A stretch of DNA of 64,000 bases from the NCBI RefSeq assembly GCF_002105155.1, contig NW_019028981.1, forward strand, positions 1,054,001 to 1,118,000. The letters run 5' to 3'. This document shows positions 13,409 through 27,889 of the stretch, in pieces. How positions within the stretch are numbered: the stretch's first letter is position 1; the number at the start of each line of letters is the position of its first letter. The notes beneath the pieces are model-generated. The model saw only the letters and a program-made list of their open reading frames with translations. It was not told the DNA's origin and ran no database searches. The translations under genes and the position numbers were made by a program. This DNA is from Lobosporangium transversale (lineage: Eukaryota).

Positions 13409-15501
13409 TAATTTTTGCATCGCGATGGAATTGAGGGTGGTTCTGTCAGAGTTAAAACGGGTGTCTGAATAGCGAGTCGTCACAGCTCTTCGATCCTTCC
13501 TTTGTCATCCTGGTAGAATAATTGGATTGCAAAATTAAGGAGTTAAGAAAAGAGAGAGCTTATCCCATCTACAACTCTCTTCAACTTGGTCCTCGACCAT
13601 TGCCAACGTGACTTCTACTTTTTTCTTTCTTTCTTTTTTCTTTATGCCTTTACTCACACTCAAACACATCTTTATCCGTTCAGTCTGTGCGCTGATGCAT
13701 GCAATCATCACCATCTCAATCATCACATGTGAAAAATGTCATTGTCAAGGGTATATAAATGAAGGACAATGTTGTGATCGTGTTGCAAAGAAAAAACAGG
13801 AAAGAGGGGAACAAAAAAGAGGGATAGAAATGGGAGTAAACATAGAACAAGTGAGCGCGGAGTATAGATCTGTTTTTTGCTAATGAAAGGTTCAGATCCG
13901 AAAAGAAATAGCTCAGAAGTATATATTTTATATATACAGTATAAATATATAATGCAATACTTTCTTCAGTTTTCTCAATGACCCCCGGTGACTCTCCCAA
14001 AGGATGACTCCGATGCCGTTCAGTGGGCAGATCCATTTTGATTAGACTTTTTTTTTTTATTTTTATTTTTCAATTGCTCCAACCTTATGTCGTTTGTCTG
14101 TCAGGTTGCTACTGATTTAGGCTTGAATGCAGCTCTATTTTATATATCGTTTTGATTATGTACGCCGTTGGCTTTGTTTGTTTTCCTGTTTACTTTGGGT
14201 TATTGATTTTCTCTATTGTACTTTTTGCTCTTTCAATAGGACTGAAATACTCTTTTTCTGTCAATTTTTTTTTTTTTTCTTTTTTTTTCTCTTTGATTGA
14301 GCTTTTTTTTTTGTTAAAAAAAAAAAAAAAAAAAAAAAAGACTGCATGCACATGTATACAAAGAAAGACATGCTCTTTTTGTATTCAAATCAATGGTTCC
14401 GTATTAGAGCAGAGTGCGAGAGTGATTTTGTTTTGAGAAAAGTTATTCTAACTTCTTACCATCTGACTTGTTTAAAAAAAAGAAAAAAGCCCACCGCACA
14501 GCACTAAAGCGTGCCATCAAAAAGCCATTCAGTCACGAATCGGTCCATCGGGCATGTTTATGAGCATACTTCATGATCATGGACTGAAAAAAAAAAAAAA
14601 AAAAAAAAAAAAAAGATCGCTCTCTTATTTGCTCCCAGATCCAGCGCATATTCTGACTCTCTCTTCGTATTCAACTTTTTTTTATTTACACCACCAAACC
14701 AAACTGTTTGCTGTTACACCTGTTTCCTTCAATCATATTGACTTTTTTCCCACTCCTGACATCTGACTTGTACCTGTAAGAATGTATTTTTACAATTTTT
14801 TTTTTTTTTATATATTTCCGTCTATTTCCTTGTCTGTTCGCCTACTCGCTTGCTGTTCTCGCCGGAGAAAGTTTTTTTTTTTTTTTTGTCTTGGTCCTCA
14901 ATACTGTACATTTCCTTCCATTTTTTGACAAGGAAAAAATCGTTAAAACTGTCACGACAATCGCTTTTTAAATGGAACTCTAATTCTCCAATTTATTATT
15001 CTTTTTTAACGTCGTTCTCTCTTTTTTTTTTTTTTTTTTTTTTTTCTTCTTTTCTTTTCTTCAATTGCATTGGCATTCTCGTCCATCGTTACTCATAATC
15101 ATCTTGTGCTTTAATAACGAATTGTCAGTCTTTGTGGATCAACAACCTCCTTTGTATCTATTTTCTTCAACTCCCAATCCCAATTACTGTCTTTTTATCT
15201 TTTTTGTGCCTTGTTGCCTATACTGCAATTCTTCATCCTGTCCATCTCTTTTTCTTCTCTTCCTCTTCCTCCTCTCGTCATCCACATCCATTCAATCTAA
15301 TCCAACTTCACGCTCTTCTTTTTCCTCGTCTATGTTTGAACAACCTCATTCACATACGCACGCATATTCACTCTCGCATTCTTTGACAGCTTGACTTTAT
15401 TTTATTTTATTTTATTTTTATTTTATTTTTTTTTTCCTCCATTGTACAAGCATATTTTTTCTAACTCTTATTTTTGTTTTTATAAATTCCATTTCTTCTT
15501 C

Positions 15502-18073
15502 ATGACCGCCCCTCTGTCATTTCCTCCACCCATCCAAATCTCATTGTCATCATCTAACACCGTTATCCATAGTCAGCACAATCCCATTTCACCTACATTT
15601 TCTTCTCTCCAGCAACAACCACCACCACAACAACAACAGCCACAGCAGCAACAGCAACAGCAACGGCAGCAACAGCAACAACAGCATAAAGCACAATCGA
15701 GTCCGACCCCACGGACCAACCATGCGATTGATCTACGCATGTTTGAACCAATTCCGCCATCGAGTTTGCTCAAGATCTACAAGGGATGCGCCAATTGCCG
15801 CACCCAAAAGATAAAGTGCAATGGTCAAGAACCATGTGCCCGATGTCATGCATTTGGGCTTACATGTCAGTACATTGTCCTTCCAAATCAAGCAGCTCAC
15901 CGTCTTGCAGCCCTTGCGGCCGCTACAGCCTATTCAACAGACTCAACGAGCACAGCGAAAGGACAGGAGTCAAAGGCTGGAGCAGAAACAGCAACAACCT
16001 CACATGCCTCGCACGCTACTATTCCTGCTTCAATTTTAACCACTGTATCTTCCCACAAATTGTCAGCCGGAAGTGCAACATCACCCATTACCACTACACG
16101 AATCCGTGGCGCCAGTAAGTGCACGCTCTTTTTCTCTTTTTTCTTTTCTCTTCTTGTGTTTTTTTTTTTTTTTTTTTTTTTTTTTCTTTAAAAAAAAAAA
16201 AAAAAAAAAACACACCAAAGCGACATTTTTAAACGAGTTGTTGTGAACTCGAAATCGACAACGGCCATTAAGATCAACAATCATCTACAACATCAAAAAC
16301 AAAACGAAAAAGACATTCATTGGTTCCCAGTTTCTGGTTCCTCCCCCTTTTCCTATTTGCCCACATTCAATTACGTATCACACAATCCATGTTTAATGTA
16401 ACATTCAATTTCTTGTATCAAAGACAACATTATGTGCATTGTGATCCTTTTTCCCCCTTGGGTCCTCCTTTTTTTTTCACTCCTTAAATTCAAAAAACTA
16501 TGCCGTTTTTTATAGGAGGAAAATAATAATGAGCATGTTCAGGTTATTTGGCATTTTGTGCTGTGTGCATTTTATTTTTTTTTATTTTCTCATTTTATTT
16601 TTTCCATTTTATTTTATTTTATTCTATTTTATGTAAAATGCGTTTATTTATTATTTTTGGGGGGACATTCAAACATTCAATCAACCAACACTAGTTTAAG
16701 TTTTTCTACGATCCAGATTGAATTTTATTTGTTTTATTTTGAAGTCCATGCAGAGTGATTATTACATTCAAAAATCTCGCATTGATGAGCATCCCCCTCT
16801 CTGCTCCCTTCCTCCCCAAAAAAAGGTACAAATGGTCTAGATGGGCAGGTCTAGTACGACAAACTTGCCATTGGTGGACAGAGCACCATGTTATTGAGTA
16901 CATTAGCATGGACAGGTTTTAAATATTGTAGACAGACTGGGTTACCTATTAATACCTATTAACCAATTATGGTCATTATGATCTTGATGGTAGATTCCAT
17001 GGGTGGATGGGGTTGGAAGATGGAAAGCAATTGTGACATTGTACACGACAATTGTAATTGTTTTTATTACAACCATTGTTTTATATCAGCAACTCCAGTC
17101 GACTGCTGGGGTTGAATGTATATATATTTATATATACAGGTGTATGCATAGTAATCTCGAAAAAGGGAGATTTGATGGATGTTGTCATAAGTTTATGCAA
17201 GCTGAGGAAGCAGGGTGCTTGGCTCCAAATGATGGGAACTCTCCTCGCACTCTCTACCCGTCCCCCCGTTGTTATTTGCTTAGTGCATTTTATTACTGCT
17301 ATTTGTTTGTTGATTGTTGATTTGATATTTGGCTCTCTTGTGGGTCTAAGCTCATTTTTTTCAGTTCACTGTCACTCATCACTCAACAGCAATGAAATCT
17401 GGAGAGCAAAAAAAAAAAAAAAAAGAAAATCAAGTCAGGGGTTCTAAACAAGAAAAGAGAAAAACAAACCAAGTCTTGGACTGGTTAATGAAAAAAATGT
17501 CCACTCGTTTTTAATTTTAACAACTCTATTTTACTTTACTGTATTACAATTACACATACAATGTATATTATTTATACACAATTAAGTTATCACTTTCCTA
17601 TCCTCACCTGTCAACACTTTTTTATTTTTTATTTTTTTATTTTTTTCAGCCCTAATATTTTTTACTTCTCGCCCTTGCCCTTGCCCTTTAGAATTATAAT
17701 ACTTGCATTTATTTACATTGGTACATTGACATTTACATTCTAAAGGCGCAACTGCTGTGTCTGTTGTTATCTCTTGCATCCCATTTCATCCCCCTTTTTT
17801 TATTCTTGTATTTACTCTTGAATAACTATAAAACCATTATATTGTTTAATAATTGTTTCCAGTGTGTGTGAGTCAGTCAACAACTGCGGAAACTAAAAAA
17901 AAAAAAAAAAAAAAAAAGTTGATAAGATGAATGAATGGATATAGTGGAGAAGGGTTTATTTATTTTCGGAAAAGACATGATCTGGCCACTTGTTTCTAAT
18001 ATCCTCATTCTCCTCTACTTCTTTAAGCTTTTTTTTATATGCATTCCTTTTTTTTATCCTCTCTATCTCTATC

Positions 18074-18105
<32 letters not shown>

Positions 18106-21100
18106 GCCGACGTGCATGTTCGGCTTACAATGATGACATTTTACCAATTGGGTCTTTTTTATTTACTTGATGATTTTATACCTCTGGATATTTTATATAT
18201 TTTCATCCGCGTGCTTATTCTCGAGTATTTTGTTTTGTTTATATTCATATCCACTCATACATCCATGGGAGAGTGAAAATGACGACACTAAATGGGACAA
18301 TACTATTAAAGTATCCAACTTTGTTTTATAAAAAAAAAAAAAAAAAAAAAAAGTCGCGTCTACTATGCATGCATGCAGTGGTATGTTTACACAAGGTGGT
18401 TGCTTATTGAGACACACACTCGATCACATTTCTTTATTTGTAGAATGGGAGTGGGCGATCTAACGGTTGTACCCTTCATTGGGCACTGCAAATGTGGTTT
18501 TATTGTTGATGATGCACAACCTCGTACAATCATCTACTCATCTGTGATATTCCACAAAAACAAACACACATTCCCGTCGCATTCGCATTTACATCCGGCA
18601 TTTACTGCTTCCCATTCTTTGGTCGCGGCTTCTCGCACACACATGCATTTATCCCACATCCCGCATTCCACAACCATGTCTATTTTTGTGTGGTTTTTTT
18701 TTTTTTTTTTTTTTTTTCATCAATCTGTTACCCTGCCACTTGTCTAGTGGCTGTACTTGTTCTAATTGTACTTTGTCATGCCTTCATATTGAACACTACG
18801 TTGGCTTTATGGTTTACTATAAACTAAACTAAACTAAACTAAACTAAAAATCGATTCCTTACTCTCATGTTTTTGCTCGTGTCATGACTAGATAAAAAAG
18901 TCCGCACAGTTCCTCGGAGAAAGGCTGAAGTGGCACCTTCTCAGCCGCCGCGCTCCCCCAGCCCTGAACTGTCATCTACTCTCGAGACAGTATTTTCGCC
19001 AGCGGCACAGCAGTTTGTCAAAACTGTATCTGGGATACCTAATGTTATTCTTCAATCGCTCATTCAAGCTGCTGATCCCGACTCATGCATTGCGAAAGGG
19101 TCTCCTATCCCTGATGAACCAACTCCTAATCCAGAAGTGATGCGCGAGCTCATCCAGCTTTACCTGCGCTATTCCCATCCGATTCACCGGATAGTGAACG
19201 ACCAAGACCCCGATTTTTGGCCACGGCTGTATGACCGTCTCACTCCCGAAGCGGCATCGATTGTCTATGCCATGTGTACCGTAGGAGCTCTTTATAGGAA
19301 CAGGCCTCCTGGCGCAGAGAACCTCGACGAGATGGTGGGATATTTTTATCGCCGCACAATAGCTGTACATGAGACGCGGTCCGAGGATATCATAAGCATC
19401 CAGACAATGTTAATCCTTCAAAACTTTTTAGTGATCACTCTTCGGTCAGAGGAATGTGCCAAATTCCTTGGTCGAATGCTAAAGATTGCAAATGATATTA
19501 GGCTAGCAGAGACGGTACAAAAAATAGCCTCTCAACCCACCATGTCCCCAGAAGATGTTGTTGTGCGCAACACATGGCGGTTGCTCATTTGGACAGAGAT
19601 TATGGGCAACATGCTCTCTTTGAACAACGGCCCTGTAGATGTACGTGTTCTTTACTGTATTTATCTATCATGTCTATCCAGGATCTAACTAGCAAAATGT
19701 CACTAAAACTCCATTTACTTCCTCCTCTCCCAATTAAAACTCAACGCTTTAGCCTATGAAAGACCTTACAAACGCATATCTCGATGCACGTCCTGAAGAG
19801 ATGCCAAGCTCAAAGCTCTCATCGGGTGAAATCGCCTATTATCATTTTGGGTGTCTACTCAAGATCTTTCAAAGCATCACAAGAATCCGACTGCCAATGT
19901 CGGCAGGGTACCTTTATCCTGTGACTACCACATTGGATGCTCTTGCCAATTGGCATAATAGTCTGCCAAAGCATATGCGAGTTAATCCTAGGACTGGTGG
20001 GGCAGCGGCGCTGTCATCTCATGCATCCAATCTAGATCTTTATTATCGATTGGGCCATATTGTTCTATTGAACAATCTACCTCAGTCAGTGCGATCAAGC
20101 TCAACGGGCCTAGGCCCCAGGCGTGATTCACCCTTGCGGATGCTAGCTACCTTTGCCAATGGCATTACCGCCACAGTGGGTGACATCGTTATGGAGCCGG
20201 ACCTGCGCAACTTTTCCATTATCATTGGCATGCGTTGCCTGACAGAAGCCGCCACGATTCAGACAGCCAACTCAAAGGAGCCAGACCCCGCTATTTCGAC
20301 ACCCGCAAAGGTGAATCTAATGAAGACCCTCTGGTGCATCAGGCAATTCAATTTTGCAGTGACGTCAAAAGCTATAGGAGGCATTTTGACATCATTCGAC
20401 TTGGCTGCCAAACAGGCATCTGTTCCACAGACAGGTGTGTAAATGGTTATACTACTATATTTCGCTATACATATACACATATTGCATCAGCTAACACTCT
20501 CGTATGCCTTCAAACAGCCATACCTACGGATTCTCCTACGCTTCCTGGACCTTCTCATAATAGGCGCGAGCATTCCTTAGCATCAGATTATACCTCCTCA
20601 ACAGCTTCTACACGTGAGAGATCTTATATGACCAGTTATGAGATAGACGATGCAGGCAATCCAGACAAGGAGCGACCTTCACGTGATAGCGCAACTGCCC
20701 CGACGGTTACTCTGGAGTCCCCAATAACTGGTCAGCACAGATCCAATATACCTATGCCCGGTTCAACTTCTCAAAGTGCTGGTGGCGTAACAGACTCATC
20801 TACGAAAACAAACCATCGGGTAGTAGATGGTGACCGATCCAGATCGTCCCCAGTATTGATGTTTTCGCCCAAGTTAGAGAGCCCTGGCGGTGCAGCGTCT
20901 ACCGCTACCTCTGGTAGCCGCTCGCCTATGCCTCCTCCCCCTCAAGCCACCTATGATCGCTCACAGTCTAACACCCAATATGGACAAGACCACAATCAGC
21001 CCTATCATAGTCGTCGTGCTCCAGAAACTATTCCACAACGGCACTATCTTGATGGCCATGGCAGCTCACAAACAAATGAGCATGTGTCTAACCCTAGAGC

Positions 21101-23051
21101 ATCTGCCTGGCCGCAACCTCATAGGAGCGACGGGACTGATGGTCAAGACTACTTTGATTCATCGCATCAGCAACAGCACAATCAAATAAAACGTCCTACT
21201 GGACCGCAGCCACCTCACCTCAGCACAGCAACCTTACCCCCTAATTCCTCCCACCCTTACCAGCAGAGTTCGCATACGCCGCTCTCTGATGCGTCAGATA
21301 TTGGCGCTCATCATCATGGATTTAGTACTGGATACTCGCGTCCGTCATCATCTCCTTCTACCTCTTCCCATGGCAATTACTCTCGCCCGCCACGAAGCAA
21401 TAGAGTTGAGATTGATCCTTATATGGACAGCGCAGGTGCATCCACATTGCCTATGACACAGCCGGACACTGAATATACTTCGCCTCAGCAGAGCACGTCT
21501 CGTCCAGGACAAGCACAAGGGCAAACACAAGGGCAAACACAAGGGCAAGCGCCATCCGGAACCGATTCAGCGTTTCATTCATCGCGGCCAATCACCCGTC
21601 CTGAATATTCTAGCTCGGATTACAGTCATGGTCAACATTATGTTTACCACCAAGTTAGCCAACCTTTTTTCCATCATAGGACACAAGGAGCAGATTACAA
21701 TAATGGGAACATTTTGAACAGAAATAGAGAAGAGCGCCCAAGCATTGCGGTTGATACATCAAGGGTGGGATTACGGACCATGTCCTCGAGCTCATCACCA
21801 CGATCACCGATATCGATCCGCACAATGACCATGGCAAGCGGTAGCACAAGTAGAAATTTTGGCGGAATGGATCCACGTGGACCAGCGTTAGGGGCGCAAG
21901 AAATGCCTACAACTCATAATGGTAGGGCAGTTAGGATGGGTCCAGCAGATTATTCACCAACAGCACCAGGACCAGCACCTGTAGCAGGGTTAAAGAGACC
22001 GTTAGGATCGATGTACAGCGATAATGCCAATGGACGTGAGGAGCATTATACTGTAGAACACCCTAGCCCTTATGCACCTCTTCGTCATGGACATGTAGGC
22101 ATCAATGAGGAGGGAGCACGTGGTGATGAAGTATTGATAGTGGAAGGAGGCCAAGAACGGTGGCACTCTGGCGCTATAACACATAATGCAGATTTACATC
22201 AAGGTAGGATGGAAGCAGGGCGACCACGAGAATTACGGGGGCCACAGATGCATGAGGGCCTTGTGCAGCAGGGGCAGTACCAACAAAGTCATCCTCGACC
22301 AGTACATGGGCGCATCTCAGGATCGGGACACTCACCTGTGGTAGAGCGATATCCATCACCGCCATCTGTGTCCCGGTCACTATCACGTACACCTCCTGTT
22401 CCTTTAATTGAGAAGGCTTTACGAGGTCAGCTTGGGGGACAGCAGAATGTCCATACATTTGTTGTTCATTCACATGCACAGCATCAACAGCAGCATCAGC
22501 ACCCACATTCAAATGGGTCACATTCGCCTTCAGCGAGTCATTCACGTGCAGCTGAGCATGCTCCACTTACTCTTCTTCCTCGTAATCATCAGCAACAGCA
22601 TCATAAAGATGACTATAATTACGGACAAACCAATCAAGAACAGCATCATCCAAACTACTCAGCCCAAGAGCCACAGTCTCCTTCCACCGGACCTTTACAT
22701 GTTGGTGGTCGAGAATATGTTTCGCCAACGGTGCCTGTTGGATTAGGATCGTCGGTTCAGGTGGAATATTATCAAGCGATGCAATCACAGCAACTTCAAA
22801 AGAATCAGCAGCAGCCATATCAACATCATCATCATCAGCAACAACAACAACAGCATAGGGAGTTTGATCGAGGGATGATGGCTCCAGCAGGCTCGAAATG
22901 GCATGGATACAATGTCAGTCATGTGAATGAGGATGGTCATATTGGTGTTGATAGACCGATTAAAGGACCGAATGGAGCAATTGAAAGGATGAAAATAGAA
23001 GAAGGAGAGGAGGAGGTGTTGAGACCATCAGTCCGACGCAAGTATCAGTAG
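15502..23051 (+). CDS. Zn(II)2Cys6 transcription factor with fungal TF middle-homology region and long disordered Q/H/S-rich C-terminus; exons about 15502-16114, 18892-19640, 19753-20434, 20518-23051
   Basis: CANCRTQKIKCNGQEPCARCHAFGLTCQY cluster; LIQLYLRYSHPIHRIV...IVYAMCTVGA...IQTMLIL...VRNTWRLL middle-homology region. All three introns are GT-AG and phase-compatible. Confidence 0.8.
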
Positions 23052-23067
23052 ATAAAAAAAGAATGAG

Positions 23068-23098
<31 letters not shown>

Positions 23099-24358
23099 AA
23101 GATTATGTTAGGTGTAATGACAACGACAATGAGTGATATTTTTTTTTATGTAATTGGGAGTATATTGGGCATGGTAGAGTGTATAAACAAATTGGATGTG
23201 AAGAAGAGACTCCATTTAACAGCTTCATTCCGTGTAAAATAAAAGTAAAAAAAAAAATAGTTATGGATATAATACGGATTATAAAGATGTACGTAAATAT
23301 ATATATATAATATATATAAAGTATACATGTTATACATAGAACATGGTAAATGTAAGCTTCTCCCCTGGGAATGTTTGGATGTAAAAAGAGAGAGCACATG
23401 TCATTTGTCATTTATTCATGATTTTGAGTGCGTGTGGGGTCTATGTTTGCTGTGTTAGTGATTAATGGCTCTTTTGGATCAAAAAATAACCAAAGTTTAT
23501 GGGTATAAATACAAGATAAACATGTACATGTACTGTAAATAGTAGATCTACTTTAGTAAACTTTTGATGGTGTACTTTGTAGGGAAAGGGGAAGGAGGCA
23601 TTAGCATTGGACATAATAAACATAGGAGACGTTTTTAAGCATGATGCAACGAGCATGATAAGCAAAGATTGGCATTGGTGGGCATAGATGAGCAAGCAAT
23701 GGAAACGTGGTCTGATCTGCTCTGCACAGCTCTTATGGACTATGGGCAGGATATCCATGCCATGTCCAGTGATGTGTTTTGAAAAGAACAAACATTTTAT
23801 TTCCCCCATGAATGAATCATTCGATCTGGTTTGCATGAAGCAAACAAACAAACAAACAAAAAGGCTTTAAAATCCATCGACCCCTCCTCCCATTGATCGA
23901 ATCCTTTCTGATGCTGTTCCTTCTTGTTCTTGTTCTTGTTCTTGTTCTTGACTAAATAAAAAAGAGACGGGATAAAAAAAGCTTTTAAACTTTCTTCCCA
24001 GCCTCTTTCCTTTTCCTTTTCCTTTCTCCTTTTCCTTTTACTTGTTCCCAACACTTGTTCATCCTTCTGACATTCATCATCTCTTTTCCTTCCACAAATT
24101 CATTCGATCTCCTCCCTTTCTTCCTTCTTTTTTCGCTTCGAGTGACCTACACACGTCCAATTGTACGCGTCTATCGGTTTCTCTCTCTCTCTTCGTGTTA
24201 CGACGATACTCTTCTTCCTTTTCTCTCTCTCTTTCTCTTCAATTACTCAGCGGAAAACAATCCTTCCTATCCCCTAGCTCCTCTTTCATTCACAACCATT
24301 GACATTAACGCCTTATTACTTCATACATTCATCTTAATAATAATCATCTCTTAGCTTT

Positions 24359-24392
<34 letters not shown>

Positions 24393-24399
24393 GTGCATC

Positions 24400-24585
24400 A
24401 TGTCTTCCGATGCAGAATCTACACTCGATGATCTCGCAGAAAGATCATCTGCTGTAAACAATACATCAGCATCCATTTCTGATAATGACAACCCATCAGC
24501 AACTTCAAGGTAAAAAAAAAAAAAAAAAGTTACTTTATTTGTAAAATACAATAGATGCTGATCTTTCTTTATTGTCTCTCCCTTC

Positions 24586-24616
<31 letters not shown>

Positions 24617-25622
24617 CACTAAACTTTTTATTCTACAAATCAGAGTTGGACGAACAAGAGGTGGCGATAACAGTAGTAGCAGTGGCGGAACTGGGACTGG
24701 ATTTGGGACTGGATCTGGATCAGGAGTAGGGTCAAGAGGTCCAATTGGGCCTCGACCTGGTGTGTTCCGTCCATGTGCACGCTGTAGAATGAAAAAGACT
24801 AAATGCGATCGACTGAAACCAACGTGTTCCAGCTGTCTAAAGAGTGGAGGTGAAAATGTTGTTTGTGTCTATGATAATGACGAACCTACTCCTGGTGTCA
24901 TCACAGCATTACAGGATGCTAATGAGTCCATAGCTCCGTCTACGTCTACGTCTACACCCACATCCACTACTGGATCTGGTCCTGGTCTTTCAGGACAGAA
25001 TAATGAAGGTGGATCTAGACAAGGCAGACAGAGTAGGGCAACTGCTGCTGCCGCTGCTGCCGCTGCTGCTGCTGCTAACATGACAGCGGGAGAAAACGGT
25101 AATGGTCATAGTGCCAGTAGAAACCAATCCAAAACTCAATCCAAAGGCGTCGCAACAAAAGGAGTGGATGATTCCTCTACAAAGTCACTGGTTACATCAT
25201 CATCACCAGGGAACACAGGGAACAACAAAAAGTCATTATCAAATTCAAGTAATCAACAACAACAGCCACCATTGAAAAAAATCAAGACAGGACATACAAC
25301 ATCTGCAGCGATCAAGCCCAGCCCCTTGAGAACCTCCATTACAAGCACAAAGTCCCCACCACCTTCCTCATCATCAAAACGGAAAGCCAGTATTTCAAAT
25401 GGATCGTCAACAGTAATAGAATCGAAGCCATTGAAAAATGAACAAGATAAAAATGATAGCGAAGGAAGAGACGTAAAGCAGGAGGAGGACGACGACAATA
25501 ATGACGATGATGCTGGTAGATTAGTCAAGAAGGAACTTACCGAGGAAGAACAAGAAGGCGATGAGGATGAAGATATGGAAACTGAACAAAATGACAAAGG
25601 TGAGCAAAATCTTTTTATTTTG

Positions 25623-25656
<34 letters not shown>

Positions 25657-26088
25657 GATCTCAAAACATAATAAAAAAATGTCCTAATGATGGTTATCAT
25701 TAGACGATGTTGTTTCAGAACTATCGATTAAAGATGTCCGGGACCAGGACATGACGTCTTCGAGAGATACAATAACCGATGCTAACACTGTATCTACGAG
25801 CACAGGCAAAATGAATACTACTTCATCTGGACGATCTAACAAGAAACAGTCTTCAGCAGTGCAACAAAATCCAACGACTACCTCTTCTTCTACATTGGGT
25901 GGAAGTAGTGGTGGTGGCGTCAGCACAAAGTCAATCACAGGTGGGCAAAACAAAATCATTGTGGATTTGACTCCTAAACCTCCTCCAGTATTTGTCATCG
26001 ACAAAACTCGGCGAGCACGCAAATGGGGCCGAGCTTCCAACGTCTTCCAGACTCTGGGCGGCGAAGTTATCGTCCCTCTATGGACTTC

Positions 26089-26125
<37 letters not shown>

Positions 26126-26178
26126 GATGTTAGCACATGACAGCAATTACCAACAACGTTACTAACTTTTTTTCTTAT

Positions 26179-26219
<41 letters not shown>

Positions 26220-27751
26220 CAATAATAGATCAAGAAATGCTTCTCAATGAACCCCGACCACTGTACGTGCAGCAGGGAATCCCATCCATGATGATGAACA
26301 TGACAGGACGGAAGGATTCTAGTCTAGCAAGGCTGGCAGTGTTGAGTCAACTGGATATGGACATTGACTTGGATTCGCCAGAACGAGGCAACACCCCCGA
26401 TAGTCTCGATGGTGGTGCTGTTGGTGGTGGAGGTGGATCACCTGGCCCAAGTCCAGCACAGCCTCTGAAGAAGAAGCGTGTATTCAAAAAGCTTAAAGAA
26501 CAACAACAGTCTTTGAACGAAGACTCGGACACTGGAACCAATACCACCACAAGTAGAATAACTAAACTTGGTAAGGGTCAACAGAAGAAGCGTGGAATGG
26601 TATCGGCATCAACATATACAGCAGAATTCGGTAAAAAACCATCTGCAGGGAGTGCTGATGGAGGAGATGATGAGGAAGATGAAATCGATACTGGTACGAC
26701 AAACAAGGCAGCGAAGTCAGGTGTCCATAAGACGAGTGGTCGATCAACACCAGTACCGCAACGTCCTCGCAAATACCCGTGCTCTTTTGAAGGATGCTCC
26801 AAATCATTTATGGACAAGTTCCATTTGGATCGACATGAGGCTCGTCATATCACAGAAGAGATTGTTTGTGGGATCGATGGATGCACCAAGGCTTATAATT
26901 CAATCAGCACAGTCCGTCGACATCAGAGTATTATGCACAAGGATCAAAAAGAGCAGGTTGAGCAGGAGCAAGAAAGATTGTTGGAACATGAACGTTTGCA
27001 GAAAGCGAGAATGCAGCAAAAGAAAAAGGAGCGGCTATTGCGGGAGCGAGAGGAGGAAGAGAGAGGAGGGGTGAAAAGAGGTGGAGAGGGGGAAGAAGAG
27101 GAGGATGATGGGGATGATGAAGATGACCAGGATGAGGAGGATGAGGAGGATGAGGAGGATGAAGATGAGAGGAATGAGGAAGAAAGAGAGATGAAGGTCG
27201 ATAATGATGAGGACGATGAAAATAATAAGCTCGATGATAATAATAATGAAGAAGAAGATGAGGAGGAGGAGGCTTTGATCCGCTCCAACAGTAAGGACAT
27301 TAATGATGATTATAATAATAAGACTAAAACCAAACAAAGTGGTAATGGTCGCCGAGGCGGAAGTAATAGCGTTAGAGGCAGTAGAACGGACGCGGGCGGT
27401 CCAAAGAAACGAGGTTCAAGGAAATCCAAGGCGACTGCTGCCACTGCAGCGGCTGAAGATGCAGAGGTTGAGAGGGTGAAGATGGCACTGGCCTTAAAGG
27501 ATGTTAAGGATGCAGCATATAGACCTTGGATGGACAGTAAGGACGCTCAGATTCCGATTCCGATACGAACGTCGTCATTTTCGCCCTCATCTTCTTCTTC
27601 AGTTCCAAGGGATGCGATGAAGCATAATAGTACTGAAGGACCAAGGCTGCTGCAACAACAACAACAGCAACAGCAACTGCAACAGCTGCAACAACAGCAA
27701 CGGAAGGAGCAAGAAAGGAGACATGAACAAGAATCCATCATGATCGATTAG
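24400..27751 (+). CDS. Zn2Cys6 + REPO/2W-hairpin-like motif + 2 C2H2 zinc fingers (YY1/Iec1-like); exons 24400-24509, 24644-25599, 25704-26090, 26229-27751
   Basis: CARCRMKKTKCDRLKPTCSSCLKSGGENVVCVY; RKWGRASNVFQTLGGEVIVPLWTSD; YPCSFEGCSKSFMDKFHLDRHEARH and IVCGIDGCTKAYNSISTVRRHQSIMH; acidic tract. All introns are GT-AG and in phase. Confidence 0.85.
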
Positions 27752-27846
27752 AAATACACAGATGTGTGTCCTTTTATTATTCATCTATTTTATATTCCCT
27801 TGATTGTTTTGTGTATCATAGACTATGGCTTACCTTAATTAAAGAG

Positions 27847-27889
<43 letters not shown>

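Noticed and set aside
11870..15500. Many short ORFs rich in poly-K or poly-F
   Set aside because: Translations of homopolymer tracts in intergenic/UTR DNA between divergent genes; no protein-like content.
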